From Chara braunii (lineage: Eukaryota; Plantae; Charophyceae), in NCBI GenBank assembly GCA_003427395.1, contig BFEA01000040.1, positions 2,294,458 through 2,353,932 of the forward strand: DNA of 59,475 bases. The letters run 5' to 3'. Each line of letters starts with the position of its first letter. The first letter of the stretch is position 1. The translations under genes and the position numbers were made by a program. Below the pieces are notes generated by a model. It had not been told where the DNA came from. It searched no databases and saw only the letters and a list, made by a program, of their open reading frames with translations. This document shows, in pieces, positions 48,609 through 59,475 of the stretch.

Positions 48609-51379
48609 TACCTTCTTCCCCCGAATACAACGTACGGTCATTATAGCTGTATTTGAGGTACATTTCTGTCTAGATACAGCCATAATGGACGTACGTTGTA
48701 TTCGGGGGAAGAAGGTAGGAGATGCATAACGCATAGGCTCATTGCCAAGGGTAGGGATGGTTATTGATCGTTGTTGACATGGAGATTCAGTAGCCTGAAA
48801 GATTGATTTTGCATTTGCATTGCAGGGAATGCATAAAGCACCTTGCCTGCGATGTTATCTCACTGGCAGCGAAACCAATACTCCTCCCCTTCCCTCTTCT
48901 GCTCTCCCCTCCCCTCCCTCCCTTCCTTCCTCTTCCCTCCCTTTCCCTTTTCTCCCCTCCTCCAATTCTTCTTCTTCCTGTCCTCCTCCTCCTCCTCCTC
49001 CTCCTCCTCCCCTGCCCTCCCTCCCTCGTCGCTCCCCTTCCCCCCGCTTCCCTCCTCCCTCTTCCCTCCCCTTCCCTGCCCTTCCCTCCCTTCCCTCTCT
49101 TTCCTTCCTTCCTTNNNNNNNNNNNNNNNNNNNNNNNNNNNNNNNNNNNNNNNNNNNNNNNNNNNNNNNNNNNNNNNNNNNNNNNNNNNNNNNNNNNNNN
49201 NNNNNNNNNNNNNNNNNNNNNNNNNNNNNNNNNNNNNNNNNNNNNNNNNNCCCCCCCCCCCCCCCTTTTACCCATTTACTAACTCCAAGGGCGAAAGATC
49301 GAAACACACAATTTGAGAGAAGAACATAGTGTAGATTAAAAAAAAAAAAAGAAAGATCGAAACACACACTAGTGAGAGGATGAGATAGATGCGTACTACC
49401 AAGAAAAAGATAAAGAATATGAGATAGATGAAAACAAAACAAAAAAAAAAAACACCCCTGGGGCGTGGTCCCACCAGCAAAGAGGGTCGGATCGAATGGG
49501 GGAATCTGGATGAGGTTATGGAGATGAGCAGGAAATCGAGATTGAACTGCTTTTCTGCATCTCTGCGTGAAACACCCAGATTCACGCCCTCGATCCTATA
49601 GTGGAACATCGGCCCTGGGAAGAAAGGGTATTCTGCGCATCGATTTAATTCCAGCGGCAGGATATTGCACAAATGGTGACCTCCCCTCAGGTGTGTTTTG
49701 TGTACTGTACCCATGCACACAACTTACAAGGGCAAATTACCAAAATACCTCTGGGAAGAAGGGGTATGCGGGCCAGCAATTTACAGTAATTCCAGGGGCA
49801 GGGGGGGTGTCTGCTCTCGGCGCACAAAGGGCGAACGACCTTGTTACGTTGTAAGGTAGTACGGCGTTGTCCCGAGTAGAACGCATGGTCATCATCAGCC
49901 CTGCATCTAGACTGAAAGCTTCCCTGAGTACACCGCTGCCCCAAATACAGCTTCTTCTTCCTCTTCCTCTTCATTTTTTTTTAATTTTTATTATTATTAT
50001 TATTATTTTTAATTTTAAACACCCCCTCCAGTGCTACTGGCGCTGGTAAGGGCAGACCTCTCTCTTTTTTTTTTTTTTTTTTTTTTTTTTTGGTAATATG
50101 AACCACAATCACAACCATTCATTCTAACTGCAAGAATCAACCAGACAAAACAGACAATGGGCATCGCTCCACTACTCTCCACATGCGCAAACGACAAAAA
50201 TGATGGCCGTGTATGTATCTTTCCATGTTCTAGCCCAAGATTCACTCTCGTTTTGCACATTTGGAGAGTAGCAGCAAAGCTCAGAATCTTTCGACAATGT
50301 CGGTGCGTTCTATTCGCGCGAACAAGGTAGTCTTGTATTTCAGGCCATAGGGCTTCGCTCCACTACTCTCCTTTTGTGCATCTCGACAGTGTCGGTGCGA
50401 AAAAAAAAAAAAAAAAGTCGGTGCGTTCCAACTGTGCAAAATGAGACTGAATCCTCCGCCAGAACAACGTAGTGTTAACCCGACTGAAAACCAGGCGCCT
50501 ACTCGCCAAACTTGGCGTATGGCGAGCACTAACTTGGCGTATGGCGAGTAGTGCTCGCCATACGCCAAGTTTGGAGAGTAGGCGCTTGGTTGCACTTACT
50601 CGCCAAACAAACTTGGCGAATGCAAACTGTGTCCGACGGCTTGCCACACCGTCGGACCCTCCACAAACCGATTTCACGGCGATTGTCGGGCCGGGGCTCG
50701 AGACAAGGCATAGTCAGAGCAATAGAGTAGTAGGAATTGTGGCGAGGGGCCGCACGACGAAGACTTAGGGATGTATCTGGACAGGAATGCGGTAAAGTAG
50801 ACTTCAACAAATAAAAATCTATTCAGACTTGGGAATATGACCGACGAAGACTTAGGGATGTATCTGGACAGGACTGCGATAAAGTAGACTTCAACAAATA
50901 AAAATCTATTCAGACTTGGGAATATGAGACTACCGGGGATGCAGGCCAGTAGGACCCTAGACTCGTTCCCACGGGTACCAGAGGAAAAGTGTGGCGAGAG
51001 TTGTCGTGGTTGCACCTACTCGCCAGGACAGACAGGTGGCGAGTAGGTGCAACCACGACACCGATTCGCCACAAATCGGCAAAATTCCACTCTCCACAAA
51101 CCCGCCACGATTTGTGCCATGTGGAGAGTAGTGCAACTAGGGCCTCAGTAAAAAAAGAAAAAAAGAAAAAAAGAAAGAAAGAGGAAAGAAACAGAAAAAA
51201 GAGACTGAATCCTCCGCCAGAACCTGGGCCGAGGTCCCACTACCAAAAAGGGACCTGGGCAACTCGGTCTGTAGGGAGGAGGCTAGAGAGTGGCCATGTC
51301 TTAACCAGATAACTCAGAGTCTAGGGTCTCAGGGGGGGGCGCAAGTAGGAGAGTGATGGGAAATAAGGAACTCAGGTTC

Positions 51380-52412
51380 TTTTTTTTTTTTTTTTTTTGG
51401 AGGAACACAAAATTCATTATCAAGTTGAACAGAGGCCGGGAATCCTCACAAACAACCCGGTACAAACTTCTGGGGCCTTTACCCAGAGTAGGCTGTGCTG
51501 GAAACCGGGTCCAGCGTCCCAAAATCCTACTTTAACACCTTAAATCTGTCCATCATCTAGTAGTCCTCCAAAATCACATGAAGCACAGAAAAGAGGTGTT
51601 TCCCATGGAAACCCAGGCTCCCTTTAAGTCCTACTGCACAAGGCAGTCTTTTCCATCCAAAATTCCTTTCTTCCCTTTCAGTCTAGGATTTAACAAATAA
51701 GGCATTTCAATGGCCGCATTTCTTAATGACCAGTTTCTGCTGTCCTACGGCGGCTTCAGCCACTGGGCATAAGAAAGCTTCCTACCTGATAAAATAGCCA
51801 CTGTTTTATTCTCTTTTGCCCATGTGCGCATAAACCATTGATAACCTTTCCTCCTGCTTCTATGACAGCCTTGCCAGTCTGCAATTATTGCCCGCCTGGT
51901 ATTTCCTTTTATTTGATATTGCTGCTCCTGACTTACAATCTCTGTATTCCTGAATACTCAAGCATTCCTGGCTCGCCAGATTTCCTGTAAAATAATTCCT
52001 CTACAAACCGTGGCTATATAGCCCCAACCGCTGTCATAGCCGCCATCCTGATGAGGCAGTATTCCATAGAGTATCCACGCATCCGACCAAGTCCAGGAGG
52101 AGGAAACGTCTTTCTTCCAGATATCTAACCACCACATCCAAATCTCATCTGCCAACGGACAACAGAGCCACAGATGGGAGTTGTTTTCCCACCCCCAAGC
52201 ACACCTACTGCAGGTCACATCTATGTCCATTCCTTTCAGATTCAGCCAGACTGCTGTGGAAAACACTAGAAAGGACTGTAGCCAAAGTAGGCTCGCATCC
52301 TTTTGGGATGGCAACCAAGTTAGTACTTTCCAGAAGGCTCGCCAATCCGGATGGCTATGCTGTCCATTCGTGGCTTTATCCAGTCTCCTTGAGGCTGTCT
52401 GTATCGGTTTCC

Positions 52413-52443
<31 letters not shown>

Positions 52444-55400
52444 AGCGGGCCAAGTGCCCAAGGCTGATATTACCAATGAAGATGTTGAGGCCGGGGTCCT
52501 CACAGTCTACCCGGAGTGACAAAAATGAAAAACTGCTGAGAACCGGGCTCAGCGTCCCTCATATGAACAAGCAGATGATCATGCTGATGCAAAATGAATG
52601 TTGGGGTTTTACTTTCAGCCTCTTCACCCGTTACCGAGCGCCAGAAAGAACTTTTCACATCTAGCCCTATTCGATGTGCTACTCTTTGAATTCACCTCAA
52701 CTTTGATTTCCAGACCCCTCTATGGGGTTAGGTGTACCCTTACCAGGAGCCTGGGACCATAGACATTGGTGCTGGAGGGAAGGGATCAGGGAAGTCTGCA
52801 GCAGACCGGAGAGGGATTGATGGATCCACAACAGTCCAGTCATGAAAGAACAATCTGTAGTCTCTACTCATTTCTTCATTTTCCCCGCCCTTGTTTCCTT
52901 CCCATTTAATTTCNCCCAANTTCCTTNCCTGGTTCCCTCCAAGCCAGCTATGACTGAACTGATTGATATGTTTGAGAATTTCAGATTTCAAGGATANATG
53001 TTGGATTTTTCCTTTTGCCTGTTCCCATCTGTTAAGGATATCTGTTTGAATCTGTTGTTTGATTGNTTCAGTGAATTCCGGGCCNTCTAATCTNGCTCCC
53101 TCCATTTCATAGGTGCATCTCCTTAACCATATAGCCCACATAATCGCCCTCCTCCCAATAGTGAAGAGATTTCGTGTGAACTCCTCATGTGGCTCTGAAT
53201 CCCAAGATTCTAGTAGTATAGCTTTCCAGTCCCAAGGCCAAGGGATGGATGATTGTAGTTGACTCCATATACGGTCCCACCACCTCCACAACCATATAGC
53301 TCTGGGGCATTACATGAACACATGTTCTATTGTTTTAGCAATCAACTTACTAGGAAATGCAGTCCTATAAAAACGACACCAACGTGTGGCAATTCCCTTC
53401 TGTTCTAATGAGGATCTATCTATCAACCAATCGTTGGTAGGGAGACACCTATGTTCAATTTGCCACTGAGGAGATACTAATTTTGCTGGTTTAGCTTTCA
53501 TAAGTCTGAACCATTTTATCCGTCTGATTTCTTATTTGCTAAGATTAAGGTGTTTCATCCATCTCTCAGATACTTTATCTTTTAAGTTGATTCTTACTCT
53601 TAACATTCGGTAGGTGAATTTCATTGTTAAGGTATGGAGATTCCGCTGGTAATTTTTATTATGTTTACTGATTCTATTGTTCCCCATAGATATACCCCAG
53701 ATCCAGTTAGCTGGATCTAGAGCCAGTTTGAAGATGGGTGTATCAAGTCTGAAAGCTAGCAGCTTCTCTTTTTCCTTTAATACCCTGATTCTTTCTGAAA
53801 ATTTGTCTGCCCTTAACCCACTTGATCGGGCCTAAGCTTGCCTTTTTAAACGGATGGAGTTGTCTTGTGCGAGATCGTAGAGCTCCAATAGGATGTCCCC
53901 ATTTGTGTATTTATCTAGGATAGAACCTACCACTTGTGGTTGCCCTCTAGTTGATACCCAGTCATTTATCTCCAATTTTGGTCCTTTCCTAAGGATTCGG
54001 ATCCATTCTAAAAGGATTAAGTCAATAAGTCTTTCCAGGGCCTCCTCTGGGTGGTGACAATAGCGGAGGTGCCTCTGTAGTGTAGAAGGTTCTATCAAAT
54101 CATTAGTGTTCTCATCCCATATATCTTGGATTCTTATGATCCCTTTTCTAACCCAACCTTTCCATGGCGAGTCCATGCAGTGAAGTACATACCCCTGAGA
54201 ATCTCTAATCCATCGGTTATCAAAGAGAGGTTGTTGGCACCACACCTCTTCCCTTCTTTCTGGAGATATTTTGTCTGCGAGGGGGAGTTTCCTCCATGTT
54301 TGGAGAAGGGTGATCCAAAAAGGGTCATTACTTAGGTCATTCCTTGCAACTCGTCGATCTGAGGGCACTTGGTCTGGTATGGAATGAGGTGACTTTCTAG
54401 GCAGAGGCCAGGATCTGTTCTCTAACCACATCAAAGGGTCGATATCCTCGGGGGTTAAGGGAGCTAACCTCTTTATTTGTTCCCATGCCAAAGCAGACCA
54501 AGGAGTTTGGGGGTTGAAAATCAGTCTTTTGATCCATTGGATCGATAGAGCCATTGCCTGAGTAGCTGGGTCAATGATACCTAATCCACCCTTAGTCTTG
54601 GGTTGGATAACTGATTGCCATGCTACTCTGCTGATCACATTCCTTAATTCATGGTTACCCCTCCATAGGAAGGCATATAGTTGTTGTTGGAATACTTTTG
54701 AGGGTTGCCTTGTCCATCGCCCATATGGCTGATTTATACCAAATAGAAGCTAAAACCACATTGTTAATAGCTAGTGTGCGACCCATTAGTGAGGAATGCT
54801 TATTCTTCCATAGTTCCATCTTGACTAGTGCAGGTTGGGTGATCCATTCATTGTTGGTTCTTGGCTTTCCATCCGCAGTGAGGGAGATTCCTAGTACCCG
54901 AATGGGTGTTTCTGGGGGTAGCCATTGTACTCGGGGTTGTTCCGGTGGTCTAGCACCTTGGTGATGGATCCACCAACCAAAAGTTTTACTGCCCCAGTTA
55001 ACTTTCATATCTGAAAGACGACAAAATCTTTCCATCAGTCTTTGGATTTCCACTAGGTTCTCTTAAGTTGCTTCCACCATGAGAGATAGGTCATCTGCAA
55101 ACAGGGAGCAGATCGGGATGACCTCCTCTGGGATCGAAGTTATTTGTAAGCGCTTGATGTCTTTATGATGTCTTAGATTAGTTGCTAATGCTTCCATGAT
55201 TATCACAAATAAGAAAGGAGCAATTGGGTCTCCTTGCCTAACTGATCTATGAAGAGGAATGGGGGGAGCCAGATTTCCATTGACCATAACTCTTGTGGTA
55301 GCATTTTGATGAAGTATCTGGACCCATCTCCTGAAATTAGGGCCAAAGTTAAATTTCTCTAGACATTTATCTAAAAAAAGTCAATCCACATGATCATATG

Positions 55401-57165
55401 CTTTTTCAAAGTCAATAAAGATGAAGGCAGCGTTCAATTTGGACCGACAAGTAAGTCTGACCAATTCATTAATTAGGAGCACATTGTCCTGTGTGTTTCT
55501 TCCTGTAATAAAGCCTGATTGGGATGGATGTATGATATCTGCAATTACTTTAGACAGACGATCAGCTAATGATTTAGCCACCATTTTATAAACTACGATC
55601 AGCTAATGATTTAGCCACCATTTTATAAACTACGATCAACTAATGATTTAACCACCATTTTATAAACTACTGTATCGGTTTCCTTGTAGATAGATCTCTC
55701 AGTTTCTTCATCCCCACCTTTGGCTTATAAGCCATCAGTGGGATGGTACTTGATTCCCGTTCTGTTTTGTTGAGAACCCTCCAAGCAAGGGCCTGTGGTT
55801 CCACATGAAAGCTCGTTGCTGTTCCCAGAAAGCTTATTTGCTTACCATCTGGAGAAACCATTACTCTTGCTTCCTGCAGATGAAGAGTTGTGGGTATGCT
55901 GATTTCCCCCACTTTCTTCAAGCGTTGGAATGCCTTCAGTCCCCCGGAAACCAGCGAGGTGGACCATTCTTCCACTCTGATGCCTGCTTGCAGGTCCGGA
56001 CCCACTACTTTCCACAATGTCCCTGGAGTATTGTCTGCCAAAATCCATGTGTTCATACCTTGTTCCGCTTCCGACCTCAACAGACTGGTCCACGACGCTG
56101 GGACTGCTTCAGTTATCTGCTGTAAGTGCTGGTAAACCCTGCGAAGCCTTGGTAATTTTCTTTTCAATTCGTTCTCTGAAATCCACTGATCCTTTTCTGA
56201 ATCCCAGATATGCTTGATCTGCAACACCCCTTTTTCTATCCACGCCCGTCCAAAGGCCCCACCTCCTTCACCCGCAGAAAAACACTCTTGGTTAACTTGT
56301 GTAATTAGCGGATTTTCAAATAATACTTGATTAGCTACTTCTTGCTTGGATGTTGGCTGCTTAACAGACCGGGGAATCAACTTTTTCCACGACTCCTTTC
56401 CAATATACATACCCAGATTTTTTGAAGTATATCTTGCCAAAGTTGAGACTTCAGCCTTCTATTAGCAAAGGAGGGTATCAGCAAGCAAACCCATACATGT
56501 TTAGGCTCAGAAAGATTCCACTTTTGGCCAATAACATACTCTGCTAATTGAATCCACAGTTTGGAGTTATCATCTAGCATGTCCTTGACCGACCATTTAG
56601 CCAGCAATGCCATGTTCTGTTGAAGCGGATCTAGCAGGCCTAGACCTCCCTCCTGTCTTGTCTGAGTTACTGTCTCCCAGGCAACTTTAGTAATAAACCG
56701 TTCCTCCTCATCTGCCCCGGGTTTCCACAGATATTTGGCGGCAGCCCTCTTGATCTCTTTGTAGGCCTCATCTCCCAACCTTCTTATTGTGAGTGGAAAC
56801 CAAAGGAGAGATAAAGCCGCAGATGAAAGAACCAGGGCCCGCCCAAAAAGGGACAGCTTGAAATTTCTTTGCCAACTCAGAATGCGCCCTACAACCTTTT
56901 GGGCAAGCAGCAGATCTTGCGATTTGGAGCAATCTGAAAGAGAGACTAACACGCCTAGGAATCTTTGTGATTCTTCAGACGAGATTTGCCTCAGTCCCCA
57001 GTTAACCTTAAGAGTAAAGCATGATGGCAGAAAAAGCACAGACGTATGCCAGTTTATAGATGCCTTAGATAGAATACAATATGTATCTAGCACTTCTTTC
57101 AGTTCGCCTAAAGCTAATTCTGTATTCTCACAAGCAAGCGTAAGGTCATCTGCTAATGTAGGCCA
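51380..57165 (-). pseudogene. Outer 5'-truncated L1/Tx1-type LINE, interrupted by a second LINE
   Basis: Starts at the RT LADDL motif (~57150); ORFs 56377..57093, 55667..56440 and 51958..52400 (CSRC...HLWLCC); T-run at 51380-51398. Confidence 0.88.
52415..55669 (-). pseudogene. Inner 5'-truncated LINE with RT domain, 16-bp TSD
   Basis: FIDFEKAYD, RQGDPIAPFLF, LFADD and GGLG motifs with several frameshifts. TSD CTGTATCGGTTTCCTT at 52399-52414 and 55670-55685. Confidence 0.9.
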
Positions 57166-57169
57166 GGTC

Positions 57170-57587
57170 GTCGATTTAGACGGATTGGATGACTCAATAA
57201 TTTAAGAGTTAGTGAGATAGATATGAGAGAGCAAGGTACAAATTTTAAAGAAGTTTGAGATAATTTGAGCTATATAGATGGAAAGGTTATCTGTTTTGAT
57301 CTGCAAGAAGGTACGGAAGAGGGGTCCTCAGTTCAGCTGGGACGATAAGCTAAACTGGCTGAAGCTGTGAGGATAACTCCGGGTTGAATTGTGAGGTCCC
57401 CGACCTCCCCTTTGCTGTTTTAANNNNNNNNNNNNNNNNNNNNNNNNNNNNNNNNNNNNNNNNNNNNNNNNNNNNNNNNNNNNNNNNNNNNNNNNNNNNN
57501 NNNNNNNNNNNNNNNNNNNNNNNNNNNNNNNNNNNNNNNNNNNNNNNNNNNNNNNNNNNNNNNNNTAAAAAAAAAAAAAAAAAAAAG
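57170..57587 (+). mobile_element. LINE 3' UTR fragment in + orientation
   Basis: CCGGGTTGAATTGTGAGGTCCCCGACCTC at 57379-57407, then a gap and an A-run. Confidence 0.6.
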
Positions 57588-58219
57588 AAGGTAGTGTTAA
57601 CCCGAGTGAAAATCAGACTGAGAAAAAGAAGAAGAAAAAAAAAAGAGACTGAATCCTGGAAAGACCCAGAGGGAGGTAGTTAACCCCAGTGAAAACTTAA
57701 AAAAAAAACAAAAAAAAACCAGTGAAATCTCTGGGTCTTGCTGCACTACTCACGACATGCACGAAGGACAAAAAATATGGGGTTGTATCTTTCCATGTTC
57801 TAAGGAAAGATTCATGAAAGATTCATGCTCATTTTGGGCATTTGGTGAGTAGTGGAAAACGGAGGCCCTATGCGTAAGCTTTTGACAAAAGTTAGCCAGC
57901 CGAGTCTAGTAGTCGTATTTTTTTTGAGGGCGTCGTCACTCTCGGGACTTCCGGGATGTATCTAGCTGCTATTCCGGCTATATTCCGTCCAAAATGTTCA
58001 AGTACGACTACCTTCTTCCCCCAAATACAACGTACGGTCATTATAGCTGTATTTGACGCATCTTTCAGTCTAGATACAGCTATAATGACCGTACGTTGTA
58101 TTCCGGGGAGGTAGGTAGGACTCAAGCCCAACAGCCACCCGGTAAACCGTCACATCCTAGAGGCCAACGTTGCGTTTTATAAGCAGAAGTCACGTCTCAT
58201 ATTGAAGAGTCATATTGAA

Positions 58220-58450
58220 AAAGTCATATTCCACAGGCAAAGGACACTTCCCAGTCAAAAGTCACAACCCACAGTCAATAGTCACAACGCACAGTCAAAA
58301 GTGACAACCCACAGTCAAAAGTCATATTCCACAGGCAAAGGACACTTCCCACAGTCAAAACCCACAGTCAAAAGTCGTGTCCCAGAGGCAAGGGTCACAA
58401 CCCACAGTCAAAAGTCATGTTCCACAGATGAAAAAGTCGTGACTCACAGA
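58220..58450. repeat. Degenerate minisatellite (CACAGTCAAAAGTCA...)
   Basis: Repeated ~20 bp unit, directly visible. Confidence 0.7.
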
Positions 58451-59475
58451 CCCAAGCAGCGGCACACCAACTTGAATGAAAATTCGGGAAAGGATACCAG
58501 CAGGCCTTGTCATTCTGAAGCAAGCAGGGGCCGTGGGGATGTGGTACCAGGTTCAGGACTCCAAGTCAAGTCAAGAAGAAGCAGAGGCTGGGAGCAGTTG
58601 AAGCTCAGTTGAAGTCGATATAAGGACTGGCCACCCGCCCCTTTCGGACAGATTGCTCATTTGCATCCAGTGTGGAAGTGCTGTTGCACTTGTGCACTAA
58701 AGAGATTGGCCGGGCGGTGAGCCCAGAGGGGTGCGCTATTGTGTGTGTGAGAGAGATGACAGCCATAGCTGCACAAGAGCTGGCTGGGCGCTGAGCCCAG
58801 AGGGCTGCGCTATTGTGTGTGAGAGAGAGAAGGCAGCCATAGCTGCACTAGAGTTAGTAGCAGTAGTAGTAGTATTAGTGGTAGTGATAGTAGTAGTAGT
58901 AGTAGTAGCAGTAGTAGTAGAAGTAGAGTAGTCTAAGTACGGGGTGTATTGAGAGCTAGTTCTTAGGTAGAAGAGGGAGTGAGTGCATGCAAGTAGGGAG
59001 AGAAGACACAGTGAGGTAGTAGACACAGAGAGAAGACCAAGACTGAGAGAAGAGGGAGGAGCAGTGAGAGAGTCACATACCTGGATGATGAGAGTGGATG
59101 CTGGTTATTTGGCATTCGGCTGTTGAGCGTTTGTGACCGGAACTCGTAATTGCTCGTATGATAATTGTTGGAATTCTTTGAAGCTGCGCTTACCTGGTCT
59201 CTCTTCAACTCTCTGGCCTCTGGTGTGGATTTTGTGTGATCTCATATTGTGTGTGTGTGTGTGTGTGCTCAAGGTGACGAACTGAGAGGTTCATTGCAGT
59301 AGGTTTGGCAATAACTGGGGATTAAATGCGGGCTGAATATAGACCAGTTGATGAGCTAAATGCGGGCTGAATATAGACCAGTTGATGACCAGCCATGGAA
59401 AGCCTAGCTGTAGCTGTATCCAGGAGACTATTAAGTATAGACAGTATCCAGGAGACTATTAAGTATAGACAGTAT

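Overview
Repeat-dense eukaryotic genomic DNA with N gaps. Plant-type U2/U6 snRNA sequences, a plant-mitochondrial-type SSU rRNA fragment and the transposon spectrum suggest a streptophyte alga such as Chara (inference, not verified). Only one plausible host gene is visible: an intronless SRA/YDG-only ORF (13926-15332, -). The rest is mostly transposon material: a disrupted hAT transposase with its right end, several 5'-truncated and nested L1/Tx1-type LINEs, tRNA-derived SINEs, PIF/Harbinger-, Tc1/pogo- and MULE-like MITEs, and foldback repeats. The main element is a ~6 kb Penelope-like element (35078-41095, -) with N-terminal GIY-YIG, CxC linker and RT (Naiad/Chlamys architecture). It has an upstream zinc-knuckle ORF and 764-bp pseudo-LTRs, each carrying a minimal type I hammerhead ribozyme. 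Other notable signals: four U6 retrocopies with insertions at the same core positions, a SINE carrying mitochondrial rRNA, a conserved pseudoknot-like motif in LINE 3' tails, and recurrent head-to-head double-tailed retro-insertions. All calls come from reading the sequence; no searches were run.
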